From Eubacteriales bacterium (GTDB lineage Bacteria > Bacillota > Clostridia > Oscillospirales > CAG-272), in contig JAZSBB010000024.1 of assembly GCA_045602185.1 (NCBI GenBank), forward strand, positions 1 through 43,032: DNA of 43,032 bases, written 5' to 3'. The notes below the pieces were generated by a model, which saw nothing but the letters and a program-made list of their open reading frames with translations, was not told the origin of the DNA and did not search any database. A program made the translations under genes and the position numbers. This document shows, one piece after another, positions 25,166 to 33,789 of the stretch; position 1 is the stretch's first letter; every line of letters begins with the position of its first letter.

Positions 25166-26104
25166 TTAATCCTTTCTCTGATAGAATATGAACGTTGACG
25201 CTATGCCCGCAACCAGCGCAATGATAAGTATTACAACTATGAAATATATCCACGACATCGCCGTTGAAAGCGCAGTATCGTTTACACTGTTCGTAATGTA
25301 AGACATCGTTGGGTTGGTTGAGCGTGTAAACGAGTCTATTATCGTATAGACCGCATTTACGAGAATCATAGGCGAAATCATCGGGAAGGTTATCTTCCAG
25401 AAGGTTTCCCAGCCGGTAGCGCCGTCTATACGGGACGCCTCGTATATCTGAGGAGATATAGACTGAAGTCCGGCAAGGAATATAAGCATCTGTACGCCCG
25501 AGTAGTTTATAATGTTATAAACGTTATTAACTATATCTACAACGTACCCAACGAGCTGACCGCCTACTTTCATATTTTCGAACAAGGCCTGAATGTCTAG
25601 CGCTGAGATTATCTCCGTTCCGCCAGAGCTTCCCGAACCGTCATCAATACCTCCTTGGGCGCCATCGGTAATAACGTCACTTGCGTTTATTGATTCCATA
25701 AGTCCCGTGGATATAATAACCGGAACGAAGAATATTGCACGGAAGGTTGCTCTTCCAAGCATCTTCTGGTTAAGAACGACCGCTATAAAGAGCGAGAATA
25801 TAATTACCGCAGGAACCTCAAACAAAAGCTGCTGTATACCGGCTAGAAGCTCCGTAGTGAAATTAGGGTCGGCTCTGAGCGCAGTATCGTAGTAGTATAG
25901 TCCCTTAAACGTAAGCGTCTGAACGGGAATACCGTCTATGATATCGGTTCCGAGAGAGTTGAACGAAAACCAGATAGAGTCAAGCAGTATGGGAATGTAG
26001 ATAAGCGCTATGCCGAGAATGAACGGCAAGACGAAAAGATATCCCGCCCTTGCCTTTCTTGCATCAAGGGACGCTTTCTTCATTAATTTTGTTTTTTGTT
26101 TCAT
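25166..26104 (-). CDS. Sugar (CUT1-type) ABC transporter permease, MalF-like, second pair
   Basis: AAGGAGGGG RBS. EAA loop YEASRIDGATGWETFWKITFPMISP. It has an unusual Gly/Ser-rich loop (GGIDDGSGSSGG). Confidence 0.85.
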   Translation of the reverse strand: MKQKTKLMKKASLDARKARAGYLFVLPFILGIALIYIPILLDSIWFSFNSLGTDIIDGIPVQTLTFKGLYYYDTALRADPNFTTELLAGIQQLLFEVPAVIIFSLFIAVVLNQKMLGRATFRAIFFVPVIISTGLMESINASDVITDGAQGGIDDGSGSSGGTEIISALDIQALFENMKVGGQLVGYVVDIVNNVYNIINYSGVQMLIFLAGLQSISPQIYEASRIDGATGWETFWKITFPMISPMILVNAVYTIIDSFTRSTNPTMSYITNSVNDTALSTAMSWIYFIVVILIIALVAGIASTFIFYQRKD

Positions 26105-26118
26105 ATTAACGCCCCTCC

Positions 26119-29100
26119 TTACTTATCAATTCTTACGTAGCCCAGGCTCTTAAGAGGAATTGCATCTGAGCCGTCAATCTTCACGTTTACCGAATAAAGA
26201 TTGTAGTTAAGCACAAACACGGTGGTTTTCTCACCGTTAGTGTAGGTCACCATAACAACGTTTCCGTTGTCAACGGTATAATTGGTTTTCTCGTAGTCCT
26301 TTCCGGACGTAGCAAGAGAGTCTGTGCTGAATTTATACTTGCTTTCATACTCAATCGCATCAAAGCTTACCTGAACCGAATTCTCATCAGCTCCGGCATA
26401 TTCAAGCTCGTACTTTTCTGCTATTTCCGCAATCTTAGAATTGAGAGTGTCAGCTCCGCTTATAAACAGCTCAGAGTAATCCGCAAGAATCTTGGATACC
26501 TGCTTATAGATTGCCTTTTCATCTACGGTTACCTTTATCTTCTTGCCGTAGTTTTCGGGTTTGTTTGCTATAGAATCTATAGCATCGTCTGCCGCCTTAG
26601 CAATCTGACTGTCAAGCATTTCGAGCATTTCTGCCTCGAGAAGCGCATAATTCGCAGCCTTCTCCTTTTCCTCGGCAGTACGCTCAACTATAAGCGTCTT
26701 ATGGTCTACCAGCTGATAAAGCTGAACGTCCTTAAGCGCAGTGTTAAGCTCGTGATACGTGAGAAGAATCTCGTCATACCAAGTAGCATAGTCAACGCCG
26801 TAGTATTTATTCAGCTGCTTATCGTCCTTCATATACGCTGCGTTCTGATAGCAAAGTATATAATAGGGCGCTGCTCCGCTTTCTATGGTCTTCAAAATCT
26901 CGTAATCGGGATTACCTGAGTAGTTAAGAGGCGCTCCCGTATAATTCACGTATCCGTGAAGTATCATTCCCACGAAGGGTATGGAATACGAGGAATATCT
27001 GAAATTACTGTAGTCGGTAGATGCGTTAAGTATGTGTGTTGCATACTTTATAGCGTAAGCGTTACCCTTATCTACCATAACCTCATACTCGTTATCGGTA
27101 ACCATTTTCTTAAGGAGAGCTATGGAGTTATTCTTTGAATCCTCACGGTTTACCGTATTATCTACGTCAAAATTAGAGTTTATATCGGACCCGAGAGTAG
27201 CCGCCGACAGCTGCTTGGGGCTATTCTTTGAGAATTTCTCATTGAAGCTTTCAAAATGCTCAAGCAGAGTATCCGAGGATACGAGCAGAGTAAAGAAGGT
27301 TTCAAATTTCTGAAGAACCGAATTATATACCTGCTTTGATGCGTAACGGTTATCTACCATTTTTGAGGCAGAGTCTTTCTTCGAAACTCCGTCAAACGCA
27401 GAGGTGTTACCGATGTAAAGGAAATCAAAATCGGGGAATATACCGAGATTGCTTCCCGCTTTGCTTACCTTGTCGCTTTCGTCAAGAATTTCCGCAAAGC
27501 CATCCTTGCCTCCGCAAACACGCTCCCATTTTACCTTAGCGGGATAGGTCGAATACATTCCGCCGTTTGCAAAGCCGGTAAGTCTGAAATTGATATTCTT
27601 TATATCTTCAATATTTCCTATGAGAGATTCGTACTGAGATACCTTATGAAGATATTCGGTTTTGAGAAGCTCGTTTTTCTCAGCTTCGGCAAGCGCAGTA
27701 TATTCGTCAATTACCTTTTTAACGTTTTCTTCGGCCTTGTTAAGCTCACTGAACATAGTCTTTATATCGTCAAACGTTGTAAGAGGTATAGACTTTTCCA
27801 CGGGGAAGGTGAGGAACTTAGAGGTAATAGTCATTGCTCCGAGCGCTTCTATATAAAGAGGAACGTTTTCGTTTGCAAGTTCAAGCGCCGTAAGCGTACC
27901 GTCTGACTTCAGATAGTTGCGGTAATACGCCGCCATACCCGAGTAGCTGCTATCGTAGAAGTTTCCTGCTCCGAATTTCTTGTTTCCTACCGTACTGTCG
28001 GTAAGCATTACTATTCTGGTAACGTAAGAACCGGTATATTTATTGGGAGAAACCAGCGTATAGGGCTTTTCCTGAGCAGCGGTAGAAAATTTGTCGGTGG
28101 GGAAAGGATTGCAGGACGTATATACGCTTGCATATTTATGGCTCTCTCCTCCTGACGCAAGGGTCAAGGTTGCGAGCGATTCGCCTTCCTCTATTATTGC
28201 AAAATATCCCGTGGTAACTCTGTCGGTTCCGTATAGGGTTTTGGTTTTAGCGTTTGCTTCTCCCTCGCATACAAGACCGTACACGGGCATCGTTACCTGC
28301 TCCCTATGCTGACCGGTTACAACGGAGTAGCAATAGTCCTGACCGTACACCTTTGCCGAAACGGCGGTTGCTACCTTCTTGGAATCTGTATAGAAATCGG
28401 AAAAATCAAGAATGCTTCCGCTTCCGTCCGGGAAGAAGATATATCCATCGTTAGACATATCACCGTATCCAAAATAACGGAGAGGCGTTATGTTATCAAG
28501 GTTATACGCCGACTGGTCGAAGGTTATCGAATTGGCGGGAAGCGCCACCGAAAGACTTCCGTCCTCGTTAAAGGTATACTCAAGCGCACATCTTACAACG
28601 GGGTTTTGAGATGCTACGTATTCAAATCCGCATTCTGCCTCGTGCTCATACATCATATCCATAGTATAATCGGGGCAATATTTCTTAATGTAGTTTGAGT
28701 ACGTACGCAGGGTTGACGCCGCATTCGTATTGAATGACCTCTCGTCAAAGACATATATCGCTGTCGTTGCTGTAATAGGATAGCTTTCAAGTATCGTATC
28801 GTACCTGGACTGGCTCTTAGGGTCAACGCTTCCGTCCTCCAAGAGATACTCTCTGAGATTATTAAGTGAAAATTTACCGTCAATCTGGGTTATAACACCG
28901 TTCAAATAATTGAGCGCAGTTTTCATATTACCGTCAACGCCGTATTTCGAATTGTTGTAAACGGCGCCGGTATCCGAAAGATATCTTTTAAGGTTATCCG
29001 AATCAACTACGAATTCATCGTATTCCTTATCTTTATATCTTACGAAAGCTGCATACTTTTTACTGTTATTGAAGAAGGTAAACGCTTTGTCGGGTTCATC

Positions 29101-29751
29101 TACCGACTCCATAGCCTCGTAAAACAGCTCTTCATATCTCGTAACCATAGGCTCGAGAATATAATTGAAGAAATTCTCAGCGGTTATTCTTCCGGGAACG
29201 AGAAATCTCGTGCTGGTATCTCCGAGAGTATAATTAACTCTGAGACCGCCCGATATTTCGGTTACGGATATCTGAGAATAAAGCGAAGCCCACTGAACGC
29301 TGTTGTAGTTATATACTTTTCCTGCATTTGCCGCATCGGAGAAAGTCATCTCTATCTGGCTCATAAGCTTCATACGCTCAACGTCAGTCGATGCGCCGGA
29401 AAGCGGGTCAATGGGGTTGCTCGTAAGAATCTGACCGGTAAGACGGTTTACGTAATATACGAATCCAGTATAGCGATTTATCCATATTTCGTAATTTCCG
29501 TTGGCAGATGCCGCATAGTCGAGATACCCGAGAGCCTTTTCCGCTTCAAGCATTTCCTCTGCAGTTTTGTAATCGTAGGCAAGGTATCCCTTCTCTACAA
29601 AAGTTTTGATTTGCTCAAGAGAGAGCGTTTTATCCCCTGTACTAACATCCGCAGAGCTCGCCGCAGATGCAGTCACGGGAATCACCGCAAGAAGCGATGA
29701 GCATATCATTACCACCGTCAAAGCAGTCGATATTATTCTTTTAAAATTCAT
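26119..29751 (-). CDS. 1210-aa secreted protein of unknown function (possibly DUF5696-like, glycan-processing)
   Basis: AGGAGG RBS. SPase-I-type signal peptide (…LAVIPVTASA/AS). There is no HEXXH, GDSL or Walker motif. The central region has a pattern (FFPDGSGS, LTGFANGG, FPDFDF, PFVGMILHG) that I associate, from memory only, with DUF5696 proteins encoded next to ABC permeases. Confidence 0.55.
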   Translation of the reverse strand: MNFKRIISTALTVVMICSSLLAVIPVTASAASSADVSTGDKTLSLEQIKTFVEKGYLAYDYKTAEEMLEAEKALGYLDYAASANGNYEIWINRYTGFVYYVNRLTGQILTSNPIDPLSGASTDVERMKLMSQIEMTFSDAANAGKVYNYNSVQWASLYSQISVTEISGGLRVNYTLGDTSTRFLVPGRITAENFFNYILEPMVTRYEELFYEAMESVDEPDKAFTFFNNSKKYAAFVRYKDKEYDEFVVDSDNLKRYLSDTGAVYNNSKYGVDGNMKTALNYLNGVITQIDGKFSLNNLREYLLEDGSVDPKSQSRYDTILESYPITATTAIYVFDERSFNTNAASTLRTYSNYIKKYCPDYTMDMMYEHEAECGFEYVASQNPVVRCALEYTFNEDGSLSVALPANSITFDQSAYNLDNITPLRYFGYGDMSNDGYIFFPDGSGSILDFSDFYTDSKKVATAVSAKVYGQDYCYSVVTGQHREQVTMPVYGLVCEGEANAKTKTLYGTDRVTTGYFAIIEEGESLATLTLASGGESHKYASVYTSCNPFPTDKFSTAAQEKPYTLVSPNKYTGSYVTRIVMLTDSTVGNKKFGAGNFYDSSYSGMAAYYRNYLKSDGTLTALELANENVPLYIEALGAMTITSKFLTFPVEKSIPLTTFDDIKTMFSELNKAEENVKKVIDEYTALAEAEKNELLKTEYLHKVSQYESLIGNIEDIKNINFRLTGFANGGMYSTYPAKVKWERVCGGKDGFAEILDESDKVSKAGSNLGIFPDFDFLYIGNTSAFDGVSKKDSASKMVDNRYASKQVYNSVLQKFETFFTLLVSSDTLLEHFESFNEKFSKNSPKQLSAATLGSDINSNFDVDNTVNREDSKNNSIALLKKMVTDNEYEVMVDKGNAYAIKYATHILNASTDYSNFRYSSYSIPFVGMILHGYVNYTGAPLNYSGNPDYEILKTIESGAAPYYILCYQNAAYMKDDKQLNKYYGVDYATWYDEILLTYHELNTALKDVQLYQLVDHKTLIVERTAEEKEKAANYALLEAEMLEMLDSQIAKAADDAIDSIANKPENYGKKIKVTVDEKAIYKQVSKILADYSELFISGADTLNSKIAEIAEKYELEYAGADENSVQVSFDAIEYESKYKFSTDSLATSGKDYEKTNYTVDNGNVVMVTYTNGEKTTVFVLNYNLYSVNVKIDGSDAIPLKSLGYVRIDK

Positions 29752-29766
29752 TTTATTACCTCCTGC

Positions 29767-31935
29767 TTATAGTCGGTTTCCGACTTCGGAAATAAGTGTG
29801 AATACAAACATCGCCATTTTTACTACAAGGCTTGAGAACAGTATAGCTACGAACATAATAACCGCCATAGCAACTACCGTTCCAAGAATGGTAATGACGT
29901 TTTTGTTAAGTGAATAGTCGTGAGTTACAAGCGTTCCGAAGAAAAGAAGGTACGCCATCCAAACAACGCCTATCGTAGTGAGCATCGTTACTATAGAACC
30001 TTCGTCCACTGTAAGAACGTTCGTTAAAATTGTAGACACGATAACGAAAGGAATTACTGGCGCAACGGAATAGCCGGTCGCAACGTAAATATCCTTAAAG
30101 CTTCCTTCTCCGTCAAAGAGCGTAGTCAGACACCAGTTTGCAACGCAGAAAAGGATAACCGGTACGCCGATTGCAAAAACCTGAACGAATATGTTCGAGA
30201 AATCGCCTCTCGGATTGAAGGTATAGCCCTGTCCTATCGCCTGATAAAAGAAGGTTATTATCAAAAGTCCGATAAACGTGCTTGCAGCTCTTACCGAGCC
30301 TCTCTTCTCGTGCTTTAAATCCCAGAAGCCGTCAAACGGGTGGAATACCAGATGGAAGACGTAGATAAGCTCTTCCCAGTAGGTCTTTTTGCCAACCTTG
30401 AGGGACACGGCTTTGTTTTTCTTCTTTGCCTTACCGAGAAGCTTGAACACAAGCAGCATAACTGCAACCAAGACTATCGCCATGGGGAGAAGCCATCTTG
30501 AAATTATCTCTTTCCGAAGCTCCTTGAACGCCATAGAGTAATTCTCGGTTTCGTATGCGTTAGAAAGCATCTGCTGAGCTTCCTCATATTTACCCTGATT
30601 GAAGAGCGCTTTACCTATGCCGATATAGGCTAGGTCGAAGTTGTTATTCTGAGTAAGAACCTCCTGCCAGTAGGTTATAGAGGCAGAATAGTTATGCTCG
30701 TTTTGGTTGCGAAGCGCCGAAATAACGGTATCGCAGTATTTCGTGGGGGTATATATGGTGATTTTATATCCGTTCTGAGCGTTATCGAGAACGACAAGTC
30801 TGTACTGACCGTCCACTATCTGGTAGGTCATACCCACGAACGACTCACCGTTACCAAGCTGGTCGCCCTTATCTCCGAAGGCAAATAAGAGGTTTCCGTT
30901 CTGGTCGTAGGTAAAGAGTCTTGAACGGGACTGGTCAAGTATCGTCCAAGAGCCCTCCTGGCCCATTGCAACGTCCGTTATCTGAGAAACGTCCTTTGCG
31001 TCAATAACTACCTCTCCGCCTGGATCGAAGAATCCGTTACGCTTCATTATCTCCACGCCTTGAGAGTTAAGCTTTTTTACGGGAGAATAGGTTGCGGTTT
31101 TTGAGGTTATAGCTCCCAGCTGCTGAGTCATATCATCAAGCTTAGTGCTATTGGTGGTAACGTACACGAATCCGTTATCGTCAACCGTGATGTTGTTATA
31201 CGCAGTGGCGATATTCTTTTCCTGCGCCTGACGCTGCTCTTTCGTCTGGAAACGGCGCCAAATCATCTGAACAAGGCTATAGGTAACCTTCTGAGCGCCT
31301 ATAAATCCCGTGAAATCGCCTTCGCCGGAAAGAACTATTACGCCCTCGTAGGACGCAGTGGAAACTATGAATATTCTTCCGTAGATATCAACCGCTATCG
31401 AGCAAGGCTTGAATGCGGCAGCCGTAAGCACCGGGCTGTCCGGCTTTTCAATAGTCCTTACGTAGTTGTAATCTCTGTCGAAAATTACTATACGGTAGTT
31501 GCCGGTATCGCAAACGTATATATAGCTCTCGCCGTTTGCGGTTTTATTAGGGTCGGTTACATAAAGGCCCTGGGGCTCTTTAAGAACCTGAGTTTTTCCG
31601 TTTTCATCAACGTATTCCGAAATTGTCGCAATCGTTTCGTAAAATTTGTTCAAAACTACGATACGGTTATTTCCCCTGTCTGCTATATAAATATTCGCTT
31701 CATCATCGGAAACGATATCGCTGGCAAGAGAGAAATTGGGGTTGCCAAATGCACCGAGACCTACGTCCTGAGCATTGAAATCGTCCATAGCCGAATATGC
31801 AGGCGGAGATTTCAGCGGCTCGCCGTCTATAGAATAGGTGTAAGTATCGTACGGTTCGGATGCGGAGGAGAATACCGTTCCGAAAAGCATTACGGCTACT
31901 ATTGCAAGAATAAGTACTTTAGTAATTCTTTTCAT
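29767..31935 (-). CDS. Membrane protein: signal peptide, NHL-repeat beta-propeller, TPR-like segment, then a C-terminal 6-TM Yip1-like domain
   Basis: NHL-type blades are recognisable (NIYIADRGNNRIVVLN, YIYVCDTGNYRIVIFD, RIFIVSTASYEGVIVL, WTILDQSRSRLFTYD). A TPR-like helix pair follows (GIGKALFNQGKYEEAQQML). The last 245 aa contain about 6 hydrophobic spans. The Yip1 assignment is from recollection of similar annotations. Confidence 0.65.
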   Translation of the reverse strand: MKRITKVLILAIVAVMLFGTVFSSASEPYDTYTYSIDGEPLKSPPAYSAMDDFNAQDVGLGAFGNPNFSLASDIVSDDEANIYIADRGNNRIVVLNKFYETIATISEYVDENGKTQVLKEPQGLYVTDPNKTANGESYIYVCDTGNYRIVIFDRDYNYVRTIEKPDSPVLTAAAFKPCSIAVDIYGRIFIVSTASYEGVIVLSGEGDFTGFIGAQKVTYSLVQMIWRRFQTKEQRQAQEKNIATAYNNITVDDNGFVYVTTNSTKLDDMTQQLGAITSKTATYSPVKKLNSQGVEIMKRNGFFDPGGEVVIDAKDVSQITDVAMGQEGSWTILDQSRSRLFTYDQNGNLLFAFGDKGDQLGNGESFVGMTYQIVDGQYRLVVLDNAQNGYKITIYTPTKYCDTVISALRNQNEHNYSASITYWQEVLTQNNNFDLAYIGIGKALFNQGKYEEAQQMLSNAYETENYSMAFKELRKEIISRWLLPMAIVLVAVMLLVFKLLGKAKKKNKAVSLKVGKKTYWEELIYVFHLVFHPFDGFWDLKHEKRGSVRAASTFIGLLIITFFYQAIGQGYTFNPRGDFSNIFVQVFAIGVPVILFCVANWCLTTLFDGEGSFKDIYVATGYSVAPVIPFVIVSTILTNVLTVDEGSIVTMLTTIGVVWMAYLLFFGTLVTHDYSLNKNVITILGTVVAMAVIMFVAILFSSLVVKMAMFVFTLISEVGNRL

Positions 31936-31946
31936 AATTTCCCTCC

Positions 31947-32822
31947 TTAATCCTTCATTCCGGAAGATCCCATCGTTTCTATAATCTGGCTCTGGTTAAG
32001 AACGAATACCAGTATAGGAACTATCATCATTACAACCGTTGCCGCAGCGCCAGCTCCCGAACGGGCAATACCGCCCGCAAGAATCTGGTTGATTGCGTAG
32101 TTGAACGTTTTAAGCTCTTCCGAGTGAATATAAATTGATGCTCCTGAGTTCCAGAGTCCCTTGAAGCACTCTATGATAAGAGTCAGCCAAGCAGGTTTAA
32201 CCATAGGCATCGCTATAGTAAGATAGGTACGGAATTCACTTGCTCCGTCAAGACGGGCAGATTCAAGTACCGTATCAGGCACTGACGTTTCCATAAACTG
32301 CTTCATAAGGTAAAGTCCCATTGTTCCTGCCATTGAGGGTACTATAATAGAAAGGTAAGTATCTATCCAGCCGAACGATGAAAGAACTATAAAGTGGGTT
32401 ACCTGGTTGACTGTGGGGTGGAACATAAGCGACATAACGATAATCTGGAATATTGCGTTTCTTCCGGGGAAGCGAAGCTTTGCAAGCGAATACGCCGCCA
32501 TAGAAGCGAATATCAAGTTGCCGAGTGTTCCGCACAGGGTAATAAACACAGTGTTGAATATGTATCTTGAGAAAGGCACCCAAGAGTCGCTCATAAGGGT
32601 TACGAGATCCTTAAAGTTATCAAACGTGGGGCTCATAACGTAGAAGCGAGGCGGGAACATAAACAATTCGTCAAGCGGCTTCAACGACTGAATAACAACG
32701 TAATACATAGGAAGGAACATAAACAGTCCCAGTATAACGAGTACGAAGGATATGCCGTAATCTCCTCCGGCAGAGCGGTTAAGGACGACCCTATGTCCTC
32801 TTGTTCTTAACTTTTTTGCCAT
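31947..32822 (-). CDS. Carbohydrate (CUT1-type) ABC transporter permease, MalG-like, first pair
   Basis: EAA loop LESARLDGASEFRTYLTIAMPMVKP. I prefer the ATG at 32822 (MAKKLRT...), which has AGGTGA 5 nt upstream. The ORF-track start at 32831 is a GTG that overlaps the upstream gene. Confidence 0.85.
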   Translation of the reverse strand: MAKKLRTRGHRVVLNRSAGGDYGISFVLVILGLFMFLPMYYVVIQSLKPLDELFMFPPRFYVMSPTFDNFKDLVTLMSDSWVPFSRYIFNTVFITLCGTLGNLIFASMAAYSLAKLRFPGRNAIFQIIVMSLMFHPTVNQVTHFIVLSSFGWIDTYLSIIVPSMAGTMGLYLMKQFMETSVPDTVLESARLDGASEFRTYLTIAMPMVKPAWLTLIIECFKGLWNSGASIYIHSEELKTFNYAINQILAGGIARSGAGAAATVVMMIVPILVFVLNQSQIIETMGSSGMKD

Positions 32823-32823
32823 A

Positions 32824-33774
32824 TTACTCACCTACCTTCGAAAGTGCTTTCTTAATCAAAATGTTACAGGAGAACATTATGACGAAAAGCACAACGGCTA
32901 TCGCCGAGGCGTAACCTATCTCATATCTGGCTCCGCCGTAGTCGCTAAGGTGATGCATTATAGTATGCGCAGCGTAGTCAACTGACGGGAATCCGCACAG
33001 AGCGTCAACGACTGCTCCAAAGCCGAATGAGTTCGTAATTGCGAGAACCGCACCGAACATCATCTGCGGACGCATCGTGGGAAGGGTTATATACCAAAGC
33101 TCTTGCCAACGGTTCTTGATACCGTCAACCGCAGCAGCCTCATACATAGAACGGTCTATCGTCTGGAAGCCTGCTATGAACGAAAGGAATGCCGTTCCAA
33201 GCGAGGTCCAAAGCGCAACCACTATACAAAGAGGCATTACATATTCTGCGTTCTGGAACCAAAGAATTGGCGTTGTGATAATACCAAGGTCCATTAGCGT
33301 TGCGTTTGCCCAACCGTAAGAGTCGGACGAGAAAAGCGTTTTCCATATAAGGTAAACCTGACCTGAAATGGAGGGCGCATAGAATATAAGCGTTACCAAG
33401 GCTCTTACCTTGGGAGGAAGCTCGTTGATAAACCAAGCTATCAAAAGAGAGAGAAGATATGATACCGGGCCGGTAATACTTGCAAATATCAACGTGTTCT
33501 GACACGCAAGCATAAAGATTTCGTCCTCAAGGAAAAGACGGGTAAAGTTCGAAAGTCCCTGCCAACCGGGTATCTGCAGCATATTGAAGTCCGTAAGGCT
33601 CAGAAACATCGAAAGAAATACGGGCAGGACGGTGAAGACTATGAAAAGGATAAAGAACGGCGCAAGCATAAAGTACGCTGTCTTATTCTTTTTCATCTCT
33701 TTCCATGTCCACGCTAATTTCGACATTTCGTCTCGCTGTACAGGACGCTTAGTCTCTGTATTAGTCTGTGACAT
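32824..33774 (-). CDS. Sugar (CUT1-type) ABC transporter permease, MalF/LplB-like, first pair
   Basis: AAGGAGA RBS. EAA loop YEAAAVDGIKNRWQELWYITLPTMRP. N-terminal motif AYFMLAPFFILFIVFTVLP. Confidence 0.85.
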   Translation of the reverse strand: MSQTNTETKRPVQRDEMSKLAWTWKEMKKNKTAYFMLAPFFILFIVFTVLPVFLSMFLSLTDFNMLQIPGWQGLSNFTRLFLEDEIFMLACQNTLIFASITGPVSYLLSLLIAWFINELPPKVRALVTLIFYAPSISGQVYLIWKTLFSSDSYGWANATLMDLGIITTPILWFQNAEYVMPLCIVVALWTSLGTAFLSFIAGFQTIDRSMYEAAAVDGIKNRWQELWYITLPTMRPQMMFGAVLAITNSFGFGAVVDALCGFPSVDYAAHTIMHHLSDYGGARYEIGYASAIAVVLFVIMFSCNILIKKALSKVGE

Positions 33775-33789
33775 CTTTTTTCTCCTTAC

